Positions 9,746-19,287 of a stretch of DNA of 64,000 nucleotides are shown one piece after another. The DNA lies in the NCBI GenBank assembly GCA_947567075.1, contig CANOLZ010000001.1, positions 25,410 through 89,409 of the forward strand. The letters run 5' to 3'. A program made the translations under genes and the position numbers. Numbering within the stretch: the stretch's first letter is position 1; each line of letters starts with the position of its first letter. Under the pieces are notes generated by a model. It saw only the letters and a list, made by a program, of their open reading frames with translations, searched no databases and was not told where the DNA came from. The DNA is from an uncultured bacterium. Lineage in GTDB: Bacteria; Bacillota; Clostridia; Lachnospirales; Lachnospiraceae.

Positions 9746-11299
9746 ATGGTTATAAATATGGATATAATGGTTCAAAAGGGTATGGAGGAGAAAAGAATTT
9801 CATGCCTTCAAGGAGAAAGTATTTTGGAAATGCTCCTTAGAAATAACATGGCAGTGAGTGCAGTATGTGGAGGAAACGGCACTTGCGGGAAGTGTAAAAT
9901 TCGCATTTTAGAGGGGGAGCTGCCTGCCACCATGGCAGACCGCTCTTTTTTTTCTGAGGAAGAGTGTAAGAAGGGGTATCGGTTGGGATGTAAAGCTTAT
10001 CCAAAGGAACCGTGTAAAATACAAATATTTGATGATAGGGAAGAAGAATTTGCTGTTCTCTCCCACTTCCAAGATGAAAAGAAAGAAAACATAAAGGGAG
10101 AAAAAAAGCAGGGGGAAAGGATTTTTTATAAAATTGGCATTGATATTGGAACAACTACATTAGCAGGGCAGATAGAAGAGATAGAAAAAGAGGGAAATAC
10201 GGCCACTTGTACAGCGGTCAACCATCAGAGGAAATATGGGGCAGACGTTATTTCCAGAATTCAGGCATCCAATGGAGGGAAGAAGGAAGAGTTAAAGGAA
10301 ACAATTCGCAAAGACTTAAAAGATCTTATAGACAACTTGATACAAGAAATAGGATGTAAGAGGGAACAAGTGAAGGAAATTGCTTTGGCAGGTAATACTG
10401 TGATGATTCATCTCCTCATGGGATATTCTTGTGAAACATTGGGAAGTCATCCCTTTTGTCCAGTGAATACAGATTGGATTTACGAGACATGGGACGGAAT
10501 GCCTGTTACCATTCTTCCTTCTCTATCAGCTTTTATTGGAGGAGATATTTTATCTGGATTGTATGCATGTGGTTGGGAGGAGAGAGAAGAGATTGGACTG
10601 TTTTTAGATTTGGGAACCAATGGGGAAATGGCAATAGGGACTAGGAAGGAAATACTTTGCACCTCAGCGGCAGCAGGGCCAGCCTTTGAGGGGGGAAATA
10701 TTACGTGGGGAATAGGCAGCGTCCCAGGAGCTATATGCAGCATACGCATAGAAGGAGGAGAGGTCTCTTATGAAACCATTATGGGAAAGAAGCCTCCCAT
10801 AGGAATTTGCGGCACTGGGGTGACAGAAATAACAGCAGAGCTTTTGAAGGCTGAAATAATGGATAAAGGAGGGCTTCTATCAGATATCTATTTTGATAAT
10901 GGATATCCAATTGGGGAGACAAAGGAGGGAAAAACCATTACATTTACTCAAAAAGATATTCGGGAGTTTCAGATGGCAAAGGCTGCCATAAGGGCAGGAA
11001 TAGAAACATTAATAAAACGATATGGGACTTCCTATGAAAAAATACAAAAGGTGTATTTGGCAGGGGGATTTGGGTATTGTATGAATAAGGCTAAGGCAGC
11101 TGCCATTGGTCTTCTGCCCATAGAACTTCTTTGTAAAATTTCTTCTGTAGGAAACAGTTCCCTAAAAGGGGCAGTGCTATGTGGAAAGAGTGAAGAAGAA
11201 AAAAGAAAAATTGAATGGATAAAAGGGGCGGCAAAGGAGATGAACCTGGCAAAGGAGAAAGGCTTTCAGGATCTCTATTTGGAGCACATGTATTTTTAG
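9746..11299 (+). CDS. 2Fe-2S ferredoxin / ASKHA (DUF4445) fusion, RACo-like corrinoid-protein activase family
   Basis: Plant-type ferredoxin motif CGGNGTCGKCKIRILEG at the N-terminus, an ASKHA phosphate-1 motif GIDIGTTT, and ~517 aa. This is the architecture of reductive activators of corrinoid enzymes (COG3894). Confidence 0.75.
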   Translation: MVINMDIMVQKGMEEKRISCLQGESILEMLLRNNMAVSAVCGGNGTCGKCKIRILEGELPATMADRSFFSEEECKKGYRLGCKAYPKEPCKIQIFDDREEEFAVLSHFQDEKKENIKGEKKQGERIFYKIGIDIGTTTLAGQIEEIEKEGNTATCTAVNHQRKYGADVISRIQASNGGKKEELKETIRKDLKDLIDNLIQEIGCKREQVKEIALAGNTVMIHLLMGYSCETLGSHPFCPVNTDWIYETWDGMPVTILPSLSAFIGGDILSGLYACGWEEREEIGLFLDLGTNGEMAIGTRKEILCTSAAAGPAFEGGNITWGIGSVPGAICSIRIEGGEVSYETIMGKKPPIGICGTGVTEITAELLKAEIMDKGGLLSDIYFDNGYPIGETKEGKTITFTQKDIREFQMAKAAIRAGIETLIKRYGTSYEKIQKVYLAGGFGYCMNKAKAAAIGLLPIELLCKISSVGNSSLKGAVLCGKSEEEKRKIEWIKGAAKEMNLAKEKGFQDLYLEHMYF

Positions 11300-11305
11300 G
11301 TAAGA

Positions 11306-11347
11306 AAGGGGACTACTGTTTCAAGTATTTTTTTGGAGTAGTCCCTT
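11306..11347. terminator. Hairpin between convergent genes (overlaps the last codons of the AraC gene)
   Basis: AAGGGGACTACT ... AGTAGTCCCTT with a ~19-nt loop, followed by a T-rich tract on the + strand. Confidence 0.35.
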
Positions 11348-12161
11348 TATATTTTTTAAATACTTTTATAAAATAACTGGAATCATTAAAGCCACAGTTA
11401 AATGCAATTTCCGTAATAGGAAGATCGGTTGTGAGAAGCTGGTGACATGCTTGCTCAATGCGGTATTGATTGACATAATCCATAGGAGTCATATGGGTTA
11501 TCTCAAAGAAAAATTTACAAAAGTATTTGGGGGACATAGGGACAATAGAGGAAAGCTGTTCCAGAGTAATGGAAGAGGCATAGGAATCTTCAATAAATCT
11601 TAATACTTTTTTTATCAAATGGATACGTTTATGATCCCTAGGAGTTTGGGGCATGTCTGTAAAATACAAATGTTCCCTATAGACAGTACCAAAAAAATGG
11701 TAGAATTGTCCTAAGACAATGAGCTGATACCCTTCATGCCCTTCTCTTAAGGATTCAAAAATATCCCATGCGATCTCATGTATTTTCTTTTGTTCCTTTG
11801 AAAAATGATGATAAATAATAACAGAATAATTTAAAATTTGCTGAATAAATTTCCTACATATATCATTATATTGTACAAAAGTATTCATATCAAAAACTAT
11901 ACATTCGTAAATGCAGTTATGGGGGAGAGCGGCGTGAAGAATTCCACTTCCAATAAAAATGACATCTCCTTCTTTTGCAGTAAACGTCTTTACATCCTGG
12001 GTAAATTCCAAGGAACCTTGCAAAATACGAACCAATTCAAATTCTACATGCCAGTGATAAGGCATAATATATCTAGAGTGCTCATGGGTAACGTGATGGA
12101 ATTCAAAAGGAAAATCAAAGGTTCCTCTCTGTTTGTTCTCATTATAAGGAAAACGCTGCAC
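11313..12161 (-). CDS. AraC-family transcriptional regulator (cupin sensor + HTH)
   Basis: The N-terminal cupin has HWHVEFELVRILQG. The C-terminal dual HTH_AraC has ITEIAFNCGFNDSSYFIKVFKKYKGTTPKKY. It is divergent from fucI. Confidence 0.85.
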   Translation of the reverse strand: MQRFPYNENKQRGTFDFPFEFHHVTHEHSRYIMPYHWHVEFELVRILQGSLEFTQDVKTFTAKEGDVIFIGSGILHAALPHNCIYECIVFDMNTFVQYNDICRKFIQQILNYSVIIYHHFSKEQKKIHEIAWDIFESLREGHEGYQLIVLGQFYHFFGTVYREHLYFTDMPQTPRDHKRIHLIKKVLRFIEDSYASSITLEQLSSIVPMSPKYFCKFFFEITHMTPMDYVNQYRIEQACHQLLTTDLPITEIAFNCGFNDSSYFIKVFKKYKGTTPKKYLKQ

Positions 12162-12311
12162 AATGACCTCTTTCTTAGCTAATAGTCTGTCATTACTTTT
12201 TTCCTAATTATAGCATGATAAAAAAGAAATTTACAATAATAAAAATAGAAGTAAGGTGAATAATGTTCTATTTCTTGCTATTATTGCACAAGAAAATAGA
12301 TAAGTATTTCA

Positions 12312-12319
12312 TGTATAAT
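12312..12319 (+). promoter_or_regulatory. Extended -10 element (TGTATAAT) upstream of fucI
   Basis: TGnTATAAT-like element 38 nt upstream of ATG 12358. No good -35 is present, as expected for an activator-dependent promoter. It is flanked by TGCACAA repeats. Confidence 0.3.
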
Positions 12320-12357
12320 GACTATATGCACAATAATAATATATGGAGGTATAAAAA

Positions 12358-14151
12358 ATGGCAAAAAGCAGATTAATTGGGGATTATCCAGTAATTGGCA
12401 TCAGACCTACCATTGATGGGAGAAGGGGAGCCTTGAAAGTGAGGGAATCTCTAGAGAATCAGACGATGAATATGGCAAAGGCGGCGGCAAAGCTATTGGA
12501 AGAGAATATGAAATATTCCAATGGAGAGCCAGTCAAAGTCATAATTGCAGATACAACTATTGGACGAGTGGCAGAGACAGCTGCCTGTGCTGCAAAGTTT
12601 AAAAAAGAAGGGGTGGATATTACTTTAACAGTAACCCCCTGCTGGTGCTATGGCGCTGAGACAATGGACATGGATCCTATGACCATCAAAGGGGTGTGGG
12701 GATTTAACGGCACCGAAAGGCCAGGGGCTGTTTATTTAGCCTCTGTATTGGCTACCCACGCCCAAAAGGGACTTCCCGCTTTTGGAATTTATGGTCATGA
12801 TGTATGTGATGCAGATGATACAAATATTCCCGAGGATGTAAAAGAAAAGCTCTTAAGATTTGGAAGGGCAGCAGTAGCAGCGGCAACTATGAGAGGAAAG
12901 TCCTACTTACAAATTGGATCCATTTGCATGGGGATTGGGGGATCCATTATTGATCCAGCATTCATTGAAGAATATTTAGGGATGAGAGTAGAATCGGTAG
13001 ATGAAGTGGAAATTATCCGAAGAATGACAGAAGAAATTTACGATAAAAAGGAATATGAGAAAGCTTTAGCCTGGACAAAGGAAAAATGTAAAGAAGGATT
13101 TGACAAAAATCCAGAGGAGCTTCAAAAGTCCCGGGAAGAGAAAGACAAAGACTGGGAATTTGTTGTGAAGATGATGTGCATTATTAAAGATTTAATGAAT
13201 GGCAATCCTAATCTTCCAGAAGGAAGGGAGGAAGAAATGGTAGGGCATAACGCCATTGCGGCAGGGTTTCAAGGGCAAAGACAGTGGACGGACTTTTATC
13301 CCAACTGTGATTTTCCAGAAGCGCTTCTCAATAGCTCCTTTGATTGGAATGGGGCAAGAGAGCCTTACATACTTGCCACAGAAAATGATGTTCTCAATGG
13401 GATTGGAATGTTGTTTTCGAAATTACTTACCAACTCTCCTCAAATTTTTGCAGACGTCCGCACGTACTGGAGTCCAGAGGCAGTGAAAAAGGCAGCGGGC
13501 TATGAACTGACAGGGCCGGCAAAGGAATCAGGAGGATTTATCCATCTCATTAACTCAGGGGCAGCCTGCCTGGATGCATGTGGAGGGGCAAAGGATAAAG
13601 ATGGAAAAGGGGTTATGAAGCCTTGGTATGAGGTGACAGAAGAAGATCAGGAAGCAATATTAAAGGCAACTACATGGAATTCGGCAGATTACGGATATTT
13701 TAGAGGAGGGGGATATTCCTCAAGATTTTATACTGGGGCAGAAATGCCTGTTACAATGCTCCGCCTAAATTTAGTGAAAGGATTAGGACCAGTCATCCAG
13801 ATTGCAGAAGGATGGACAGTGGATCTCCCAAAAGAAGTGACAGACATTTTATGGAAAAGAACAGATTATACATGGCCATGCACCTGGTTTGCTCCAAGAA
13901 TCACAGGAGAAGGGGCTTTTAAGACAGCCTATGATGTTATGAACAACTGGGGTGCAAATCATGGAGCTATTAGCTATGGGCATATTGGTCCAGATTTGAT
14001 TACCCTTTGCTCTATTTTGAGAATTCCTGTTGCTATGCATAACGTGGCAGAGGAGAAAATTTTCAGGCCCGCTGCATGGAATGCCTTTGGAATGGACAAA
14101 GAAGGTCAGGATTACAGGGCATGTGCAGCTTATGGGCCAATGTATAAATAA
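12358..14151 (+). CDS. fucI: L-fucose isomerase
   Basis: 597 aa with the N-terminus [24 protein letters not shown] typical of FucI. Strong RBS (GGAGG). Neighbours are fucU, aldolase and kinase genes. Confidence 0.92.
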   Translation: MAKSRLIGDYPVIGIRPTIDGRRGALKVRESLENQTMNMAKAAAKLLEENMKYSNGEPVKVIIADTTIGRVAETAACAAKFKKEGVDITLTVTPCWCYGAETMDMDPMTIKGVWGFNGTERPGAVYLASVLATHAQKGLPAFGIYGHDVCDADDTNIPEDVKEKLLRFGRAAVAAATMRGKSYLQIGSICMGIGGSIIDPAFIEEYLGMRVESVDEVEIIRRMTEEIYDKKEYEKALAWTKEKCKEGFDKNPEELQKSREEKDKDWEFVVKMMCIIKDLMNGNPNLPEGREEEMVGHNAIAAGFQGQRQWTDFYPNCDFPEALLNSSFDWNGAREPYILATENDVLNGIGMLFSKLLTNSPQIFADVRTYWSPEAVKKAAGYELTGPAKESGGFIHLINSGAACLDACGGAKDKDGKGVMKPWYEVTEEDQEAILKATTWNSADYGYFRGGGYSSRFYTGAEMPVTMLRLNLVKGLGPVIQIAEGWTVDLPKEVTDILWKRTDYTWPCTWFAPRITGEGAFKTAYDVMNNWGANHGAISYGHIGPDLITLCSILRIPVAMHNVAEEKIFRPAAWNAFGMDKEGQDYRACAAYGPMYK

Positions 14152-14182
14152 GCGCTAAAAAAGCTGGAAACCAGCCTATGCC

Positions 14183-14626
14183 TTACTCGTCTATGACTAC
14201 GCCTTTTTGGAGCATCACATTGGCATAGAGAGCTTTTTCACTCGTAGCGATAATGGCATAGGCTTTTTTTGCTTCCTCATAAAATGAAAAACGTTCCATT
14301 GTTCCTATAAGGGTATCTCCTCGTTTATCATGTTTTTTAATGATTTCCCTATACTCCTCCCAAATGGGAGTTTGGACTTTGTCTCCAGCCATGACTTCCA
14401 TTAGCTGGAAGGGATGATCCACATAAGTGTCCAGAGGAAAAATTTGAAGGATAGCGTCCAATAGTTCTGGCACTCCATGTCCATCGCAGCGGATGACAAT
14501 GGAGTCCTTTCCCATAGATTCTGAAGGGAAATTACCATCGGCAATAACAATACGGTCACTGTGACCCATTTCACATAATACTTTTAATAGCTTTGGGGAA
14601 ATTATTTTGGGGATTCCTTTTAACAT
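14183..14626 (-). CDS. fucU: L-fucose mutarotase (RbsD/FucU family)
   Basis: MLKGIPKIISPKLLKVLCEMGHSDRIVIADGNFP closely parallels the known FucU N-terminus. The ATG lies 6 nt after GGAAGAGG (the ORF-track TTG is 2 codons upstream). Confidence 0.85.
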   Translation of the reverse strand: MLKGIPKIISPKLLKVLCEMGHSDRIVIADGNFPSESMGKDSIVIRCDGHGVPELLDAILQIFPLDTYVDHPFQLMEVMAGDKVQTPIWEEYREIIKKHDKRGDTLIGTMERFSFYEEAKKAYAIIATSEKALYANVMLQKGVVIDE

Positions 14627-14753
14627 ATACAACCTCTTCCTTTATTTTATATTTCTTTCCTGACTTTTAACAGGTTTTGATTTATTATACAGGATATAGA
14701 CAAATTGGAGTAGGGGGAACGCATAAAAAATAAGAAAAGGTATGGTAATAAAG

Positions 14754-16379
14754 ATGAGCAGTTTGTACAAGGTGTTATTTGTGGATGATGAAGGATTAAC
14801 TCGGGAAGAAGTGAGCAAGAATGTTCCATGGAAGTCTTTAGGCTATGAATTGATAGGCAGTTGCCAAAATGGCAAAGAGGCATTGGAAGTTATAGGAAGT
14901 CATCCTATAGATCTTGTGCTGACAGATATTTGCATGCCTTATATGGATGGAATGGATTTGAGTAAGGCACTTCATGAAAAGTATCCAAAAACAAAGATTA
15001 TCATATTAAGTGGTTATGATGAATTTGAATATGCAAAGAGAGCTTTAAAGTATAATGTAGAAGAATATATTTTAAAGCCTGTTACAGCTTTAGAACTGGG
15101 AGAAACATTAAGAAAACTGAAAGGAACCTTGGATAAGGAGAGGGAAGCAGACAGAGTCTTTGGAAAGATGAACACTGCTTATAGGAAAAGTAAAATGCTT
15201 CTTTATTCTAACGCAATGCAAAATTGCATTGTGGGGAACAAAACAGAGGAAGAGAGCAGAAAGGAACTAAAGGAGCTGGGCATTGAGCTTATGTCAACTT
15301 ACTATCGAGTAGCTGTTTTACAACTGGATTTGTATGCCAAAGATAAAGTACTAGAGGAGAAGGAAAAAAGGGAGAGCGCTCTCATGGCCTTTGTTGCATA
15401 CAATATTAGCCAGGAAGTCGTAAAGGCATACGAGGCAGGCTATGTATGCCAGGGAAAAGATTTACGTACTCTCTTATTATTATGTACAAATAGAAAAAAG
15501 GAGTTTGACAAAAGGGTCTTGGACATTTGCAGTAAAATTGTCAACGAGTTGAAGGAAACAATGAATCTGGATGCAACCATAGGATTAGGGAGCTATGTGC
15601 AGGAAGTAAAGGACATTTATCATTCCTATGAGGAAGCGGAACATGCGACAGAATTTCGTTATATTTCTGGAAGCAGACAGGTTATTGAGATAGGAATGGA
15701 AAAGACAGGGTCAGGGGAAAACAAAGCATTAGAACAATGTATAGAGTCGTACATATTACATATGAAAGCAAGAGAGTTTGAGAAAACAGCAAAGGATATT
15801 GACAAAATGAAGGAAGAGATCTGGAAAACTCCCATAGAGAAAGATAGAATTTTTCTGTATTTTCGACAAATGATGGATAAAATAGGAGAGCTGTTAAAAG
15901 GTGCAGATTTAAAAGACGCCTCTATCTATCAAAAGCAGTATGAGGTGTTAAAGAATATGATGAAGGACACCACATTGGAAGAATCGCTGGAACGGTTAAA
16001 GGGATATGGAAAAGAAGTGGAGGAAAGTCTGGAAGGACAAAAAAATACTAGGGGTAAACGATATGCTGTACTTGCCCTGGATTTTATAGAAAAGAATTAT
16101 GGGGACAGCAGCTTGAATTTAGCCACTGTCTGTTCCTACCTTAATATTAGTACAAGCCGATTCAGCAGCATTTTTAAAAATACAACAGGAAAGACCTTTA
16201 TGGAAGTATTGATTCAGACTCGGATGGAAAAGGCAAAAGAACTTCTTTCCAACACAGATATGAAAAATTATGAAATAGCTGAGAAAGTAGGATTTAGCGA
16301 TCCTCATTATTTTAGTATTTCCTTTAAAAAAATAATAGGCAAAACGCCCACTGAGTTTGCAAAAGAGATGAGGTTTTAA
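14754..16379 (+). CDS. Response regulator with AraC-type HTH output (YesN-like)
   Basis: The receiver has VLFVDDE and DLVLTDICMPYMDG. The C-terminal HTH_AraC has EKVGFSDPHYFSISFKKIIGKTPTEF. Confidence 0.85.
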   Translation: MSSLYKVLFVDDEGLTREEVSKNVPWKSLGYELIGSCQNGKEALEVIGSHPIDLVLTDICMPYMDGMDLSKALHEKYPKTKIIILSGYDEFEYAKRALKYNVEEYILKPVTALELGETLRKLKGTLDKEREADRVFGKMNTAYRKSKMLLYSNAMQNCIVGNKTEEESRKELKELGIELMSTYYRVAVLQLDLYAKDKVLEEKEKRESALMAFVAYNISQEVVKAYEAGYVCQGKDLRTLLLLCTNRKKEFDKRVLDICSKIVNELKETMNLDATIGLGSYVQEVKDIYHSYEEAEHATEFRYISGSRQVIEIGMEKTGSGENKALEQCIESYILHMKAREFEKTAKDIDKMKEEIWKTPIEKDRIFLYFRQMMDKIGELLKGADLKDASIYQKQYEVLKNMMKDTTLEESLERLKGYGKEVEESLEGQKNTRGKRYAVLALDFIEKNYGDSSLNLATVCSYLNISTSRFSSIFKNTTGKTFMEVLIQTRMEKAKELLSNTDMKNYEIAEKVGFSDPHYFSISFKKIIGKTPTEFAKEMRF

Positions 16380-16382
16380 ACA

Positions 16383-18218
16383 TTGAAACAAATAAAAATA
16401 GGACTGCTGTTTAAGAGCATTCGTACGACAATGCTCTTTTCTTTATCCACTTTAATTATAGTGACATTGGTTATTTTCTTTTGGATTTCTATGAGATATA
16501 CAGAAAAAGTTATTTTAGATAATTCCATAAATTATACATCCCAGCTCATTGGTCAGGTAAACAGAGACATTGACACATATATTCACTACATGGAAAATAT
16601 TTCCCACTTAGTAGTGAACAGTCATGATATTCAAGAATACTTATTTAATGAAAAAAATTCTCCAAAAGAAAAAGAAGAATACCTATATGGGAGAATAAGA
16701 GCACAATTTCAGACAGTTGTAGAAACAAGAGAAGATATTTCCAATATTGCAGTCATTAGCTCCAATGGAAAATATTTTATTAATGACGGCAAAGAGAGAC
16801 TCAATAAAAATATTCAATGGGATGATATTGACTGGTATCAACAAGCCTTAAAAGGAAGAGATTCTGTCCTCACATCAAATCATGTCCAAAATGTCATACA
16901 AAATAATTATAAATGGGTCGTAACATTAAGCAAAAGTTTAGAAAATCCTTATACAGGACAAGAAGAAGGGGTTTTTTTCATAGATTTAAATTATAAAGTA
17001 ATCAAGGATTTATGTGAAAATAATAAAGTGGGAGCAAACTCCTATATTTTTATTATGGATGAGCGGGGAAAGATGATTTACCATCCAAAGCAGCAACAAA
17101 TTCATTATGGACTTTGGAATGAGAAAATACAGGAGATCTTACAGTGTGAAGAAGACTTTTTCCTGACAAACAACAAAGGGGAAGGGATGTTGTATAATAT
17201 TTCCATTTCTGAGAAAACAAACTGGAGAATAGTAGGGGTGGCCCATACGACAGAATTAATGCGTTACAGAGAGGAGACTTGGCAGATTTATTTGCTGACA
17301 GCAGCTATTTTATTAGCTTTAACTCTTTTCGTTGTCACCTTGTTATCTGGGGCTATTACAAATCCCATTAAAGCTTTGAAAGATTCTATGAAGGAAGTGG
17401 AACAGGGAAACTTTGAGAATATAGATCTGGAAATAAAAGAGAGAATGAACCTTGGGATCTCTTTAGGAGACATGGAAAACAAAAATGAGATTGGAAGTCT
17501 TCTTCGCTCTTTCTATGTAATGACTGTAAAAATTAGGGAACTTATGGAGCAAAACATTTTCGAACAGAGACAAAAAAGGCTCCATGAGCTAAAAGCCCTT
17601 CAGGCCCAAATCAATCCTCATTTTTTGTATAATACATTGGATTCTATTATATGGATGGCAGAAGGAAATAAAAACAAAGAGGTTGTACGTATGACCTCCT
17701 CTCTTGCAAAGCTTTTACGCCAAAGTATAAGCAATGAACAAGAGGAAATTCCTTTAGAGCAGGAACTTCAGTATATAAAAGAGTATTTGACCATACAGAA
17801 AATGCGGTATAAAGATAAACTAGAGTTTGATATACAAATAGAGCCAGATTTAGGGATAGTGCCCATACTGAAATTAGTTTTGCAGCCTATTGTAGAAAAT
17901 GCTATTTATCATGGAATTAAATACAAAGATGGAAAGGGATTTCTAGGCATTCATGCTTACAGAGAAGGGGAAGATGTTGCTATTGAAATATATGATAATG
18001 GCATTGGAATGGATGGGGAGAGGTTAAACTATATATTTTCTTCTGAAGGAAAAACAAAGGAAAGAGGAATGGGCATAAACAATGTCCAGATGAGATTGAA
18101 GTTAAACTATGGGGATAAGTATGGGCTATTTTTTACAAGCACTTTAGGGGAAGGGACCTTAGTAGTAATACGTATACCTGGAAGAGAAGAAGGAGAGGTA
18201 AAAAATGAAGAGGACTAA
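16383..18218 (+). CDS. Sensor histidine kinase (YesM/LytS-type, two TM + Cache-like + HAMP)
   Basis: His_kinase box LQAQINPHFLYNTLDSI and HATPase motifs ENAIYHG and YDNGIGM. Two TM segments flank an extracytoplasmic domain. Confidence 0.85.
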   Translation: MKQIKIGLLFKSIRTTMLFSLSTLIIVTLVIFFWISMRYTEKVILDNSINYTSQLIGQVNRDIDTYIHYMENISHLVVNSHDIQEYLFNEKNSPKEKEEYLYGRIRAQFQTVVETREDISNIAVISSNGKYFINDGKERLNKNIQWDDIDWYQQALKGRDSVLTSNHVQNVIQNNYKWVVTLSKSLENPYTGQEEGVFFIDLNYKVIKDLCENNKVGANSYIFIMDERGKMIYHPKQQQIHYGLWNEKIQEILQCEEDFFLTNNKGEGMLYNISISEKTNWRIVGVAHTTELMRYREETWQIYLLTAAILLALTLFVVTLLSGAITNPIKALKDSMKEVEQGNFENIDLEIKERMNLGISLGDMENKNEIGSLLRSFYVMTVKIRELMEQNIFEQRQKRLHELKALQAQINPHFLYNTLDSIIWMAEGNKNKEVVRMTSSLAKLLRQSISNEQEEIPLEQELQYIKEYLTIQKMRYKDKLEFDIQIEPDLGIVPILKLVLQPIVENAIYHGIKYKDGKGFLGIHAYREGEDVAIEIYDNGIGMDGERLNYIFSSEGKTKERGMGINNVQMRLKLNYGDKYGLFFTSTLGEGTLVVIRIPGREEGEVKNEED

Positions 18219-19188
18219 AAAATTACTTTTTTGCACATTCCTTTTCATACTATCCATAGGAATGTTAAAAGTGTTTTCTTTTCGAGGGGATAGGGGACAA
18301 CATGGCTATATGAAAATAATTTATATAGCAAAGGTCATTGATGAGGATAATGACTTCTGGACCCAGCTTTTAGAAGGGGCTCATATGGCGGCTAAAGAGT
18401 ATGAGGTAGATTTGGAAGTAGTGGCAGCAGACAAAGAAGATAATTACCAGGCTCAAAATAAACTGATCGAGTGGGCCATTGCCCAAAAGCCAGAAGTTAT
18501 TTTACTGTCTCCTTCCAGCTATACAGAGACGATCCCAGCAGCAGAAAAAATTATAGAGGCGGGAATATGCCTTATTTTAATTGACTCATCCATGGAGAAA
18601 CAATTGGAAAAGTCCAAGGTAGCCACGGACAATATAAAGGCAGGACAGCTGGAAGGAGAATATTTAAAAAGCTTTATTGAAGAAGATTCTAAAATTGTCA
18701 TTATAGGACATGTAAAAGGTACATCTACCGCTATTGAAAGGGAGATGGGATTAAGGCAGGCTCTAGGAGAAGATGAGGAGAAAATTGTGGATGTTTTATT
18801 TTGCAATTCAGAGTATGAGAAGGCAGAGCAGCTCATGGAAGGAATGTTTGCCAAGCATAAAGAGATAGACTTAGTGGCAGGGTTAAACGAGTATTCAGCT
18901 GTGGGGGCGGCAAGGGCAGTGAAAAAGGCAGGACTTTCAGGACAGGTTCGGGTAGTGGGATTTGACAGTTCCTTAGAGGAAATCAGACTTTTAGAGGAAG
19001 GAGTCTTGGAGGGAATTGTTATTCAAAAGCCTTTTAAAATGGGGTATTTAGGGGTAAAGACAGGAGTCATGGCCTTTCGGGGAGAAGAGGTGGCAGAAAA
19101 CATTGATTCAGGATTTTTACTTATTACAAGAGACAATATGTATGCAGAAAATATACAGGAGTTAATTTTCCCTTTTAAAGAAGAATAG
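18205..19188 (+). CDS. Membrane-anchored periplasmic-binding-protein-like sugar sensor (RbsB/LacI fold)
   Basis: N-terminal TM anchor, then a type-I PBP fold (IYIAKVIDEDNDFWTQLLEG..., VVGFDSS). It overlaps the kinase gene by 14 nt. Confidence 0.75.
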   Translation: MKRTKKLLFCTFLFILSIGMLKVFSFRGDRGQHGYMKIIYIAKVIDEDNDFWTQLLEGAHMAAKEYEVDLEVVAADKEDNYQAQNKLIEWAIAQKPEVILLSPSSYTETIPAAEKIIEAGICLILIDSSMEKQLEKSKVATDNIKAGQLEGEYLKSFIEEDSKIVIIGHVKGTSTAIEREMGLRQALGEDEEKIVDVLFCNSEYEKAEQLMEGMFAKHKEIDLVAGLNEYSAVGAARAVKKAGLSGQVRVVGFDSSLEEIRLLEEGVLEGIVIQKPFKMGYLGVKTGVMAFRGEEVAENIDSGFLLITRDNMYAENIQELIFPFKEE

Positions 19189-19287
19189 GGCAGTAATTTT
19201 TTCACCTTTTTTTAGAAGATATTCTATTTAGAATAGGGGATGATCCAAATATAATAAATGTATGAAAAGGGTATTGGAAAGTACAGA

